Positions 48,130 to 57,605 of a stretch of DNA of 64,000 nucleotides are shown piece after piece (the first letter of the stretch is position 1; the number at the start of each line of letters is the position of its first letter). This DNA comes from Spirochaetia bacterium. Lineage in GTDB: Bacteria > Spirochaetota > Spirochaetia > SZUA-6 > Bin103. The stretch is taken from contig CBDBOV010000003.1 of the NCBI GenBank assembly GCA_965208575.1, positions 768,001 to 832,000 on the forward strand, given 5' to 3'. The position numbers and the translations under genes are program-made. Under the pieces are notes generated by a model. The model saw nothing but the letters and a program-made list of their open reading frames with translations, did no database searches and was not told the DNA's origin.

Positions 48130-48268
48130 GGCGGCGGTAGTCGCGGCCCCCGCACGGGAGCCGGTGGTGGCACCCGGCGTCGCACCGGGAGCGCCGCTCC
48201 AATGCAGCCGGTGGCCGCCACGGGAGGCGAGGGTAGCCGGCTCGCGGCGTGCCGCCGGGAGGCGCCAT

Positions 48269-49312
48269 TCACCCGGCGGGCGTGACCGTAACGCTCGTAC
48301 CGGTGCGTGCGGCTTCGAACAGGGCCAGGGTGGCGGCCAGCGTGCGCTGGCCCTCGCGGCCGGTGACGAGCGGCGCGGCGCCGTCGCGGATTACCGCGCC
48401 GAAGTGGGCGAGTTGCAGCGCGAACGCGTCGCCGCCCGGCACGCGCACGCTCTCCGCGGCGAGCGGGCTGGTCCAGCTCTTCTTGCCGCGATAGCGCCAC
48501 ACGGTCAGGCGCGGGAACTCCAGCGCCGCCTCGGTTCCGAAGAAACGGATCAGACTCTGCCGGTTGATCGGGAACTGCGGGCTCTCTCCGGATGCCTGCT
48601 CCCAGCTCCACGGCGACGGGGCGGAGTCGGACATCACCACGCTTGCCAGCGCGCCGCCGGCGAAGCGCAGGGTGAATGCGGCGGAATCCTCGGTGGCGAA
48701 ACCGCGTACGCTGTTGGCAGTGAACCCCGCCACCTCGGCGATGTCGCCGGCCAGGTAGCGCAGCAGGTCGATTTCGTGGATCAGGTTGGTCAGCACCGGT
48801 CCGCCGCCGGGCTGCCGGCGCCACGCCGCCTCGTAGTAGCTGTCCGGTTTGCGCATGCACCAGATGGTGCTGATTGCCACCAGCCGGCCCAGGACGCCGT
48901 CGTCGAGGAGCCGTTTCGCCGCCGCCGCCGCCGGGTTGTAGCGCCGGTGGTGGCCGACCAGCAGCGCCACGCCGGCCTGTTCGGCCGCGCGGTTCAATCG
49001 CTCGGCAGACTCGACGGTCGCGCCGATCGGCTTCTCGATCAGAGCCGGCACTCCGGCGTCGATGCAGCGCAGCCCGACCTCCTCGTGCAGCCCGGTCGGC
49101 GAGGCCACGATGGCGCCGTCGATCGGTGCACCGGACAGCAGCTCATCGACACCGCGGCAATAGCGGGCGCCGTGCGCGCGCGCCGCCTGCTCGGCCGCCG
49201 CATCGGGGTCGACCACCGCGGCCAGCCGGCACTCCTCGCTGCCGGCCAGGTAGCGAACGTGCTTGCGGCCCATGTAACCGGCGCCGATCACGGCAATGCG
49301 CAGCGCGCTCAT
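48269..49312 (-). CDS. Gfo/Idh/MocA-family oxidoreductase
   Basis: IGAGYMG, IEKP, VGHHRRYNP, GGGPVLTNLIHEIDL. Confidence 0.9.
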   Translation of the reverse strand: MSALRIAVIGAGYMGRKHVRYLAGSEECRLAAVVDPDAAAEQAARAHGARYCRGVDELLSGAPIDGAIVASPTGLHEEVGLRCIDAGVPALIEKPIGATVESAERLNRAAEQAGVALLVGHHRRYNPAAAAAKRLLDDGVLGRLVAISTIWCMRKPDSYYEAAWRRQPGGGPVLTNLIHEIDLLRYLAGDIAEVAGFTANSVRGFATEDSAAFTLRFAGGALASVVMSDSAPSPWSWEQASGESPQFPINRQSLIRFFGTEAALEFPRLTVWRYRGKKSWTSPLAAESVRVPGGDAFALQLAHFGAVIRDGAAPLVTGREGQRTLAATLALFEAARTGTSVTVTPAG

Positions 49313-49324
49313 CGGGTACCCTCC

Positions 49325-50854
49325 CTACTCGGCGAAGTGCTCGCCGGCCATCGCCGCCGGCGGCCGCGGGAGCAGCGGGCGGAACGCCATGCGCGCCAGG
49401 ATGTCGGCCTCCAGGTCGGCCCCCGGCGCCACCTCGTCCAGCCGCAGCCCGCCGCCGGTCAGGGTGAACACGGCGCGCTCGGTCACGAAACGCACCGTCT
49501 GGCCGCGCGCCATGGCCTGTGAGCCGGAGAAGGTTATCTGCGCCACCTCGCGCACGAACTTGGCGATGGCGCCGTGGCGATGCACGGCCAGCCGGCCATT
49601 CCCCGGCCGCACGTCGGCGCCCTTGGCCTCGAAGGTGCCGCAGAACACCACCGTGCGCGCGTTGTCGGCGATGTCGACGAATCCGCCCGGCCCTACCGTG
49701 AGCCCGCCGAGCTTGGAGGCATTGACGTTGCCGGTCGCGTCCACCTCGCCGAACCCGAGGAAGGCAATGTCCAGTCCGCCGCCGGAGTAGAAGTCGAACT
49801 GCGACGGGGCGTCGATCATCGCGGTCGGGTTGCGCGCGTAGCCGAACAGCATGCCGGTGAGCAGGTCGCCGCCGTAGGTGCCGTGCTCGATCGTCTGGTA
49901 GTAGAGCCCGGTCTCCCCGCGCGCGGCCACCATCGCCGCCACCGCGTCCGGAATCCCGAAGCCGTAATTGACCGTGGCGCCGGGCTTCAGTTCCATGCGC
50001 GCGCGCCGCGCCACCACCTGGCGTACGTCGAACGGCGGCGGCGGCGGCGGTTCGACCGACCGCCGCCGCTCCCCCGACAGCGAGGGATCGTAGTTTACGG
50101 CATAGCTCTGCCGCTGCTCCGGGTCGACCACCACGGCGTCCACCAGCACGCCCGGAATGCGCACGGCGCGGGCCGGCAAGCTGCCCTCCGGCACCAGTTC
50201 CTGTACCTGCACGATTACCGTGCCGCCGCTGTTGTGGGCCGCCGCCGCCATGGCGTACAGGTCGACGTTGGCCGGCTCCCGGTCCAGGCTCACGTTGCCC
50301 TCGGCGTCGGCGCAGGAGCCCTTCAGCAGCGCCGCGTCGATGGCGAACGGGCGGTAGCGCAGCAGCTCGCGGCCGTCGATCTCCACCAGTTCCACCAACT
50401 CGTCGCGGGCGCTCGCGTTGAGCCGGCCGCCCTCGTGGCGCGGATCGGCAAACGTGCCCAGGCCGACGTGAGTGAACAGCCCCGGGCGGCCGGCCGCGAT
50501 CTCGCGCAGGAGCTGCATCAGCACGCCGCCGGGCAGCACGTACGCCTCGATCTTCTCGCTGCGCGCCAGCTCCTGCATGCGTGGCGACCACACCCAGTGG
50601 CCGCCGATCACCCGCCGCACCAGCCCCTCATGGGCAAAGCAGTTCATGCCGCGCCGGTCGCGGTCGCCGATGCCGAGCGCGTGCACGCAGGTCAGTCCGC
50701 GCGGCGCGCCGGTGTCCAGAAAGCGGCGCTCCACCGCCTGGTGCAGCGTGGTGGCCTCGCACAGCCCGCCGCCGCCGCCTACCAGCCCCACGGTGGCTCC
50801 GTCCTCGATCAGCGCCGCCGCCGCGGCCGCCGACACTACCTTGTTCGGCTTCAT
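49325..50854 (-). CDS. Acyl-CoA:acetate/propionate CoA-transferase (fused, YdiF/Pct-like)
   Basis: GLGTFADPR, NYGFGIP, TIEHG (catalytic Glu), GNVNASK, GGFVDI, FVTERAVF. Confidence 0.88.
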   Translation of the reverse strand: MKPNKVVSAAAAAALIEDGATVGLVGGGGGLCEATTLHQAVERRFLDTGAPRGLTCVHALGIGDRDRRGMNCFAHEGLVRRVIGGHWVWSPRMQELARSEKIEAYVLPGGVLMQLLREIAAGRPGLFTHVGLGTFADPRHEGGRLNASARDELVELVEIDGRELLRYRPFAIDAALLKGSCADAEGNVSLDREPANVDLYAMAAAAHNSGGTVIVQVQELVPEGSLPARAVRIPGVLVDAVVVDPEQRQSYAVNYDPSLSGERRRSVEPPPPPPFDVRQVVARRARMELKPGATVNYGFGIPDAVAAMVAARGETGLYYQTIEHGTYGGDLLTGMLFGYARNPTAMIDAPSQFDFYSGGGLDIAFLGFGEVDATGNVNASKLGGLTVGPGGFVDIADNARTVVFCGTFEAKGADVRPGNGRLAVHRHGAIAKFVREVAQITFSGSQAMARGQTVRFVTERAVFTLTGGGLRLDEVAPGADLEADILARMAFRPLLPRPPAAMAGEHFAE

Positions 50855-50935
50855 CGCCGTGCGTGTCCCTCGTCGGGTCGGGCCGCCGCGGCGCCAACCG
50901 CGGCGGGCCGGGAGGTCAGCGGCCGCGTTGTGCCG

Positions 50936-51358
50936 TCAGCCCTGCCCCGTGTGGCAGTTGATCATCCAGCCGATGCCGAACCGGTCGGTGCAGGTGCCGA
51001 AATAAGCGCCCCAGAACTGGTCCTGCATCGGCATGGTGACGCGCCCGCCGTCGGACAGCTTCGCGAACAGCTCGTCCGCCTGCTGCTTGCTGTCCGGCCC
51101 AAGGGAGAGCGAGAAGTTGGTTCCCTGCACCGGGAGCGGGCTGAACTGCTCGATGGTGTCGCTGCCCATCAGCACGCCGCCGCCCACCGGCAGGGTGACG
51201 TGCATGATCAGGTCCTTCGCCTCCTCGGGCGCCTGCATCTCGGCCGGCCCGTCCCCGAAGGTCTGCATGAACAGGAAATCGCCGCCGAACACGGAGCGAT
51301 AGAATTCGAACGCTGCCCGGCATTCGCCGGCGAACGTCAAGTAAGCGTTTATGGTCAT
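50936..51358 (-). CDS. VOC/PhnB-family protein
   Basis: MTINAYLTFAGECRAAFEFY, IMH, MGSD, FWGAYFG, DRFGIGWMIN. Confidence 0.88.
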   Translation of the reverse strand: MTINAYLTFAGECRAAFEFYRSVFGGDFLFMQTFGDGPAEMQAPEEAKDLIMHVTLPVGGGVLMGSDTIEQFSPLPVQGTNFSLSLGPDSKQQADELFAKLSDGGRVTMPMQDQFWGAYFGTCTDRFGIGWMINCHTGQG

Positions 51359-51473
51359 GGTTGTCCGCGCCAAAGAATACCGGCACCCCGGCGCGCCCCG
51401 CAACGGGCGTTGTCGGCGCGCGCCTGCCACCCGGTAGCGGCAAACGCCGTCGCCGGATACAGTACGCCCGATC

Positions 51474-52331
51474 ATGCCTGACACTGACAACTGGCAACCG
51501 CGCGTCGAGAACGGCTGCCTGTTCATCGACGATACCGGGTTGGGCCGGGCGGTGCTCCAGCATCACGCCCGACCCGGTATCGGCGCCTACATTCATCCGC
51601 TACGCATCGGTCCCCGGCACCTGTGCCTTACCGCGGACAGCCCGTGGCACCACCCGCATCAGCACGGTATCCAGACCCGCTTCGTCGGCATCGACGGCAG
51701 CGACTTCTGGCACTTCCCCGGTCAGCGCCCCGGCCAGACCCTGGGCCGAATCAACCCCGGGCTGCCGCGCATCGTCGGCACCGCTCCGCCGCGCTGGGTG
51801 ATCGAGGCGCTCTGGCAGCACGCCGACGGACGCCATGTGCTGGCCGACTGCCAGGAGTGGCAGCTCGGGCGCGAAGGAGACCTGCTGCTGCTCGACCTGG
51901 AGTGGACGCTGCGCGCGATCCCGGACATACGCATCGAACCGTACCTGTACGGCGGCCTGTACGTGCGCATGCCGTACCACCGCCACCTCGGCGCCCAGGT
52001 GGTCACCTCCACCGGCAATCGGGACGGCGACGCCGAGCAGCAGCCGGCGGCGTGGGTGGACGTGCACATGCCGATCGACCAGGCGTGGCGCGGCGACGAC
52101 GCACCGGCCAGCGCCGGCATCGCGGTGTTCGACCATCCCGGCAATCCTGGCCACCCTGTCCAGTGGCGCGTCGATGGCCAGTTCGGGATCAACCCGGCGC
52201 CCAGCATAGCGGGGGCCATCGACCTCGCCGCGGGCAGCGCGCTGCACCTCCGCTACCGCCTGCTGGCCCACGAAGGGCCACTCCCGCCCGCCCGGATCGC
52301 CGACCTGTGGGGGCGCTACGCAGCAGGTTAG
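51474..52331 (+). CDS. PmoA-like/DUF6807-type protein of unknown function
   Basis: YIHPL, SPWHHPHQHGI, DFW, YGGLYVRMP, IAVFDHPGNPGHP motifs. Confidence 0.6.
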   Translation: MPDTDNWQPRVENGCLFIDDTGLGRAVLQHHARPGIGAYIHPLRIGPRHLCLTADSPWHHPHQHGIQTRFVGIDGSDFWHFPGQRPGQTLGRINPGLPRIVGTAPPRWVIEALWQHADGRHVLADCQEWQLGREGDLLLLDLEWTLRAIPDIRIEPYLYGGLYVRMPYHRHLGAQVVTSTGNRDGDAEQQPAAWVDVHMPIDQAWRGDDAPASAGIAVFDHPGNPGHPVQWRVDGQFGINPAPSIAGAIDLAAGSALHLRYRLLAHEGPLPPARIADLWGRYAAG

Positions 52332-52366
52332 CCGCACGCCTCCGCAGCCCGCGAGTGCGAATCGGT

Positions 52367-52396
52367 TTGACCGCGGCGCCGGCCGCGTGGTAGTTT
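52367..52396 (+). promoter_or_regulatory. Sigma70-like promoter of the rplU operon
   Basis: TTGACC-18-TAGTTT with TG extended -10. Confidence 0.45.
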
Positions 52397-52466
52397 GACC
52401 CCCGAGATTCGAGACGGCGAACGAGATTCGAGACGGCGAGATTCGGGAAAAGAGCGATTTGCAGCG

Positions 52467-52781
52467 ATGTACGCGTTGGTAGAAATTCAGGGTCGGCAGT
52501 ATCGGGTGCGTGAGGGAATGCACGTCACGGTGGAACGCATGGCGGGGATCGGCGAAACGGTTGAGTTGAACAACGTGCTGCTGGTGGCGGCAGACGGCGA
52601 AACCAGGATCGGGCGTCCGCACGTGCCCGGAGCGAAGGTCACGGCCACGCTCGCGGATCATCCGCGCGGGCCCAAGGTGATTGTCTACAAGTTCCGCCGG
52701 CGCAAGAACTACCGGCGCAAGCGAGGCCATCGTCAGGCGTTGACGCGGCTGCGCATCGAGAAGATCGAAGCCGGCACCTGA
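52467..52781 (+). CDS. rplU: 50S ribosomal protein L21
   Basis: MYALVEIQGRQYRV...KFRRRKNYRRKRGHRQ. Confidence 0.96.
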   Translation: MYALVEIQGRQYRVREGMHVTVERMAGIGETVELNNVLLVAADGETRIGRPHVPGAKVTATLADHPRGPKVIVYKFRRRKNYRRKRGHRQALTRLRIEKIEAGT

Positions 52782-52843
52782 GGCTCGAAGCCGGCACCTG
52801 AGGCTCGAAGCCGGTGCCTGAAGCTCGAAGCCGGTGCCTGAGG
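52765..52843 (+). repeat. Four tandem 20-bp units spanning the rplU stop and the rplU-rpmA spacer
   Basis: tcgaagccggcacctgaggc x2, then tcgaagccggtgcctga(a/g)g x2; no spacers. Confidence 0.9.
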
Positions 52844-52853
52844 AGAGAACAGC

Positions 52854-53108
52854 GTGGCACACAAGAAGGGCGGAGGAAGCTCGCGCAATGGGCGCGATTC
52901 CCGCGGCAAGCGTCTTGGCGTCAAGCGCTACGGCGGCGAGCAGGTTGCCGCGGGGACCATCCTGGTGCGCCAGCGCGGCACCACGATGCATGCCGGGGAG
53001 AATGTCGGCGTGGGTCGCGACTACACCCTGTACGCCCGCGTTGGCGGCACGGTGGTGTACAAGAGCCGGCTCGGACGCAAGTTGGTCGCGATCGAACCGC
53101 TCGCCTGA
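52854..53108 (+). CDS. rpmA: 50S ribosomal protein L27
   Basis: [16 protein letters not shown]...ILVRQRGT. Confidence 0.97.
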   Translation: MAHKKGGGSSRNGRDSRGKRLGVKRYGGEQVAAGTILVRQRGTTMHAGENVGVGRDYTLYARVGGTVVYKSRLGRKLVAIEPLA

Positions 53109-53151
53109 GTCGCAGCGGGAGCGACTTCCAAACGACAGGTCAGGAGCTGGC

Positions 53152-54270
53152 GTGGCGCGGGTCGGAACGAGATTCGTCGACCGAACGGTGATCACCGTCA
53201 GTTCCGGAAGCGGCGGCGGCGGCGCGGTATCGTTCCGCAGGGAAAAGTACGTTCCGCGCGGCGGGCCGGACGGCGGCGACGGTGGCCGCGGCGGCGACGT
53301 GGTGTTCACGGTCCGGCACAACGTGCACACGCTCGCCCACCTGGCCGGCCGCCACCACTACCGGGCCGAGGACGGCGCGCCGGGCAGGCGCCGCCGGCAG
53401 CACGGGGCGGACGGCAAGTCGGTTCGCATTGCGGTGCCGCCGGGCACGCTGGTGCGCGATGCCGACAGCGGCGAGGTGCTGCACGACCTGGCCGGCCGCG
53501 ACGACGAGTGGCTGTGCCTGCAGGGGGGTGCCGGCGGCGCCGGCAACGTGCGTTTCGCCAACTCGGTACGGCGGGCGCCGCGCTTCGCCACGCCGGGCCG
53601 GCCGGGACGCGTGCTGCAGGTGCGGCTGGAACTGCGCAGCATCGCCGACGTCGGTTTCGTTGGCCTGCCGAACGCCGGCAAGTCGACGTTGCTCGCCGCG
53701 CTGACCAACGCGCGCCCGAAAGTCGCCGCCTACCCGTTTACCACCATCGTGCCCGGACTCGGCACCATGCGCGTGAATGACGCCGCGGCATTCGCGGACG
53801 GCGGCGCGGAGCCGGAGCGGGAAGCGCCGCCGCTGCCCGGCGGCGCACACGGCGGCGCGGGCCGCGGCACCGCGCGCCCGGCGCCCGCGGCCGGTTGGCA
53901 CGCACCTTCGGAGGTGGTGCTCGCGGACATTCCGGGCATCGTCGCCGGCGCATCCGGCGGCACCGGCCTCGGCTTGCAGTTCCTGGACCACATCGCGCGA
54001 GCGCGCCTGCTCGCCTACGTCATCGACCTCACCGACGACGGCGACCCGCTCGCCACCCTGGAGGCGGAATTGCGCGCGTACGACGCGTCGCTGATCGACC
54101 GGCCGCGCCTCCTGGTGGGCACCAAGCAGGACCTGGACACCGACGGCAGGCTGCGCCGCCGGCTGCGGATGCGCTGCCCGGACGACGAGGTAGTGGCGGT
54201 GTCCGCCCACGACGGTTCCGGCCTGTCCGATCTGCGCAGCGCACTCGGCCGGCTCGCGCGCGCCGCGTGA
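53152..54270 (+). CDS. obgE: GTPase ObgE/CgtA
   Basis: FRREKYVPRGGPDGGDGG, GLPNAGKST, YPFTT, DIPG, TKQD. Confidence 0.93.
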   Translation: MARVGTRFVDRTVITVSSGSGGGGAVSFRREKYVPRGGPDGGDGGRGGDVVFTVRHNVHTLAHLAGRHHYRAEDGAPGRRRRQHGADGKSVRIAVPPGTLVRDADSGEVLHDLAGRDDEWLCLQGGAGGAGNVRFANSVRRAPRFATPGRPGRVLQVRLELRSIADVGFVGLPNAGKSTLLAALTNARPKVAAYPFTTIVPGLGTMRVNDAAAFADGGAEPEREAPPLPGGAHGGAGRGTARPAPAAGWHAPSEVVLADIPGIVAGASGGTGLGLQFLDHIARARLLAYVIDLTDDGDPLATLEAELRAYDASLIDRPRLLVGTKQDLDTDGRLRRRLRMRCPDDEVVAVSAHDGSGLSDLRSALGRLARAA

Positions 54271-54908
54271 GGCCGGCGGGTGCGGCCGATGGCGTCGGTC
54301 CGTCCGTCGGCGCCGCGCCCGCACGCCCGCGGGTGGCGCTGCTCGGCGGTTCGTTCGATCCCGTGCACGTCGGCCACCTGCACATCGCGGAGGTCGTCCT
54401 GGCGCGCGCCGGCTACGACCGCGTGCTGTTCGTGCCGGCCCACCTGCCGTCGCACAAACCGGCGGCGCGCCTGGCCGCCGCCGCGCATCGCGTGCGCATG
54501 CTGCAGCTTGCGGTTGCCGGAAACGAACGGCTGGCGGTCAGCGACGTGGAGGTACGGCGCGGCGGCGTATCGTACACCGTCGACACGGTGCGCGAACTGC
54601 AGGCGCGCGGCGTGATCGGCGAGCGTCCGGGGCTGGTCGTAGGCGACGACCTGGGCGCCGATCTCGACACCTGGCGGGAGGCGGCCGCGCTGTTCGGCAT
54701 GGTTGAGTTGCTGGTGGCGCGCCGCCGGCGGTCGCCGCTGCCGCTCTCATGGCCGCACCGTGTGCTGGCCAACCACCGGCTGCCGATCTCCTCCTCGGAG
54801 CTGCGCCGGCGCGTCGGTGCCGGTCAGGTGATACGAGCCCTGGTGCCGGACGCGGTGGAAGCATACATTCGGGAGCACAGGCTGTATGGCTGCTCGCCGC
54901 GAGGCTAG
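54267..54908 (+). CDS. nadD: Nicotinate-nucleotide adenylyltransferase
   Basis: LGGSFDPVHVGH, SYTVDT, ISSSELR; start uncertain. Confidence 0.9.
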   Translation: MRPAGAADGVGPSVGAAPARPRVALLGGSFDPVHVGHLHIAEVVLARAGYDRVLFVPAHLPSHKPAARLAAAAHRVRMLQLAVAGNERLAVSDVEVRRGGVSYTVDTVRELQARGVIGERPGLVVGDDLGADLDTWREAAALFGMVELLVARRRRSPLPLSWPHRVLANHRLPISSSELRRRVGAGQVIRALVPDAVEAYIREHRLYGCSPRG

Positions 54909-54914
54909 TCCGCC

Positions 54915-56108
54915 ATGCGTGTGAGTGGCGGCCGCAGCGGGCGCCGCGATTACAGCTACCTCCTGCTGTTGGCGATCGTGGCGCTGCTCGCGGCAACCGC
55001 GGTGTTCGCCGCCACCCGGCTGCGCACCGACGAGGTGTCCCGGTGGCTGGAAGAGCATGATCTCCTGGTCGGCCTGGTCGTGATCTCCGACCCGCGCCAC
55101 CGCATCGCCGTGGAGGTGCTCCTGATCGATCCCCATACCGACCGCGCCGGGCTGCTGTTCATTCCCGGCAACGTCGGCGCCCTGATCGCCAGCCGCAACC
55201 GCATGGACGCACTGGAGACCATCTACCGCGACGGCGACGTGGCGCCACTGCGCGACAAGGTGGAGGAACTGCTCGGCGTGGCGCCGATGTACGTGCTCGA
55301 AATTACCGGCGACCGCATGCGCGACCTGGTGGATCTGCTCGGTGGCGTCGAGGTGTTCGTGCCCGATCCGGTCGACCAGGAGGACGCCGAGGGCCGCGTG
55401 CTGCTGCCGGCGGGCGCGGTGCTTCTGGATGGCGACAAGGCGCTGGAGTACCTGCGCTACCAGGCGGCCGACGAACCCGACGTGGAGTGGGCCGCCCGCG
55501 TCCACCGCCTGATGCAGGCGGCGCTGCGCGCGGTCGGCGAGCAGCGCCGGATGCTGCTGCATGCGGACGTGCAGCGCTACCTGCACCAGCGCCTTGGCAA
55601 CGACCTGACGCAGGCCGGATTCGCTACCCTGCTGGCATCGCTCACCGAGATCGACAGCGAACGGATGATCTTCCAGTACACGGTCGGCCAGCCGCAGACG
55701 GTCGACGGGCGCACGCTCATTTTCCCGCACTACGACGGCGCCCTGTTGCGCGAGGCGGTGACGCAGGTGGTGGCCGCGCTGGTCAGCGGCCAGGCGGACT
55801 CGGTGGCGTCGGCCACCGTGGAGATTCTGAACGGCTCCGGAGTGACCGGCCTGGCGCGCGGCGCCGCACCGGTGCTGCAGAGTTTCGGGTTCCGGGTGGC
55901 GCGGGTCGCCAATGCCGATCATCATGGCTACGCGGCCACCGAGGTGATCGACCGCCGCGGCCGGCTGGAGGTGGCGCAGCGGGTGGCGGACTTGATGGAG
56001 TGCGGGACCGCGCGCACCGAACCGCATGGCGAGGCGGAGGCGGACAGCGAGATAGACGTGACCGTGATTCTGGGAGGTGATTTCAACGGAAGATCCTGTA
56101 CCGAATAG
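54915..56108 (+). CDS. LCP (LytR-CpsA-Psr) family protein with LytR_C domain
   Basis: N-terminal TM, LVDLLGGVEV, LDGDKALEYLRY, VEILNGSGVTGLA, DVTVILGGDF. Confidence 0.85.
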   Translation: MRVSGGRSGRRDYSYLLLLAIVALLAATAVFAATRLRTDEVSRWLEEHDLLVGLVVISDPRHRIAVEVLLIDPHTDRAGLLFIPGNVGALIASRNRMDALETIYRDGDVAPLRDKVEELLGVAPMYVLEITGDRMRDLVDLLGGVEVFVPDPVDQEDAEGRVLLPAGAVLLDGDKALEYLRYQAADEPDVEWAARVHRLMQAALRAVGEQRRMLLHADVQRYLHQRLGNDLTQAGFATLLASLTEIDSERMIFQYTVGQPQTVDGRTLIFPHYDGALLREAVTQVVAALVSGQADSVASATVEILNGSGVTGLARGAAPVLQSFGFRVARVANADHHGYAATEVIDRRGRLEVAQRVADLMECGTARTEPHGEAEADSEIDVTVILGGDFNGRSCTE

Positions 56109-56565
56109 ACCCGCCGCAGCGGACAGCGGCCGAGCAACAGGCCGGGCGGCGGATTCGGACGATCGGCCCGCCGATGCCCCGGCGACACCGGGAGCGTTCG
56201 GCGAGGACGCCGTTCGCGCGCTGGCGCGCCTGCTCGCCGACCACCGCTGCGAGAACCCGGTGATCCTGGACATCGCCGCGGTCAGCGACGTGGCAGACTA
56301 CTTCGTGATCGCGACCGTGCGCAGCTCAACCCATCTCGCCGGCGTGTACGGCTACCTGATGCAGTACTGCAAGGAACAGGGCCTGGAGCCGCTGGGCGGC
56401 TCCAGGCGGGTGGCGAACAACCCGTGGCTGCTGGTGGATCTCGGACCGGTGGTAGTGCACCTGATGGAACACGAAACGCGCGAGTACTACGAACTGGAGA
56501 GGCTCTGGTTCAACGGGCGTCCCGTACCCGTCCGATCACCGGTCGACGGTGGGCCGGCGGAGTGA
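56077..56565 (+). CDS. rsfS: Ribosome silencing factor RsfS
   Basis: ADYFVIAT, WLLVDLGPVVVHLM, REYYELERLW; start uncertain. Confidence 0.9.
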   Translation: MISTEDPVPNRPAAADSGRATGRAADSDDRPADAPATPGAFGEDAVRALARLLADHRCENPVILDIAAVSDVADYFVIATVRSSTHLAGVYGYLMQYCKEQGLEPLGGSRRVANNPWLLVDLGPVVVHLMEHETREYYELERLWFNGRPVPVRSPVDGGPAE

Positions 56566-56590
56566 CGTTGCGCCGCGGTCGGACCGCCGG

Positions 56591-56977
56591 TCAGAACTCC
56601 TCCAGGTCGAGCTCGTCGTCGTCCGTATCGTCGAGGTTTTCGTCCAGTCCGTCGTCGTCATCGTCATCGTCATCGAAAATGGCATCGACGAATCCGTCAT
56701 CGTCGGCGTCATCTTCGCCGTCGTCGCCGTCGTCATCGTCGTCGTCGTCATCGTCGTCGAAGTCATCCGTTTCGTCGTCGAGGTCGTCCTCCTGGAATCC
56801 CTCGTCATCGAGGTCGTCATCGTCCAGTTCGTCGTCGAAGTCGTCCTCGAACTCGTCCAGATCCTCGAGATCGGTTCCGTAGACCGTGAGCTTGCGGTAA
56901 CCGAGCGGGCGATAGCCGAGACTGGCGCCCGGCTGACCCGAAGCGGCGAGCGGCATTGCCGTCACATACCGAGACAA
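56591..56977 (-). CDS. Small hyper-acidic protein of unknown function
   Basis: TTG after GGAGG; ~95-aa D/E tract punctuated by F/L; TTGACA and TATAGT hexamers upstream on the minus strand. Confidence 0.6.
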   Translation of the reverse strand: MSRYVTAMPLAASGQPGASLGYRPLGYRKLTVYGTDLEDLDEFEDDFDDELDDDDLDDEGFQEDDLDDETDDFDDDDDDDDDDGDDGEDDADDDGFVDAIFDDDDDDDDGLDENLDDTDDDELDLEEF

Positions 56978-57265
56978 GTGTTCCTCCCCACCATCGTTCA
57001 GCAATGTTGGTCGCCACGTTGAGTGGCGATGGCGCACTATAGAATCCCTCCGCGCGGTTGTGTCAACGGCCACTTCGGCAAAGCACGTGCTCCCGCGCGG
57101 CGGCCGCGGCCGGCCCGGCGAGCGCGCGAGCGTCGAAGCACTGGACAGCGGCGGCACGGAAAACTAATATTACGGCGTTGACCGTGCTCCTGGGCGTCTG
57201 CGGTGGGTGTTGCAGGCGGTGGGTCGCGGCGGTCGCCGGGCAGCGTGGTTCCCGCGGAGGACCCA

Positions 57266-57559
57266 GTGGAGATCACCGACATTCGCATTACGCGCAACGC
57301 GGTCGCCGGCAAGCTTCTGGCGTACGTCTCTGCCACGTTCGACCACTGCTTTGTGGTGCACAACATCAAGATCATCCTCGGGCGCGGCGGCCCGTTTGTG
57401 GCGATGCCGAGCCGCAAGACGCAGAGCGGTCGCTACCGGGACATAGCACACCCCATCACCGCGGCGTTTCGCGACGTGTTGCAGACGCGGATCCTCGATG
57501 ACTACCGGCGCAGCGAGGAGTCTGCCGACGCCGGCCCGGAACCGGGCCCGGAGGAGTGA
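57266..57559 (+). CDS. spoVG: SpoVG family nucleic-acid-binding regulator
   Basis: EITDIRI...TFDHCFVVHNIKII...FVAMPSRK...DIAHPI; GGAGG RBS. Confidence 0.93.
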   Translation: MEITDIRITRNAVAGKLLAYVSATFDHCFVVHNIKIILGRGGPFVAMPSRKTQSGRYRDIAHPITAAFRDVLQTRILDDYRRSEESADAGPEPGPEE

Positions 57560-57605
57560 GGGATGTTCACGGCGAGCGCGCCCGTGCCAGAATGGCGGCT
57601 CCCGT

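Noticed and set aside
52765-52843. Possible CRISPR array
   Set aside because: Units are directly adjacent with no spacers and copy the rplU 3' end; no cas genes in the window.
53774-53910. Intein in ObgE
   Set aside because: Too short and lacks splice-junction residues.
56424-57022. Val-rich, Ser-rich and Thr-rich ORFs
   Set aside because: Other frames of the poly-Asp tract; only the acidic frame has RBS and promoter support.
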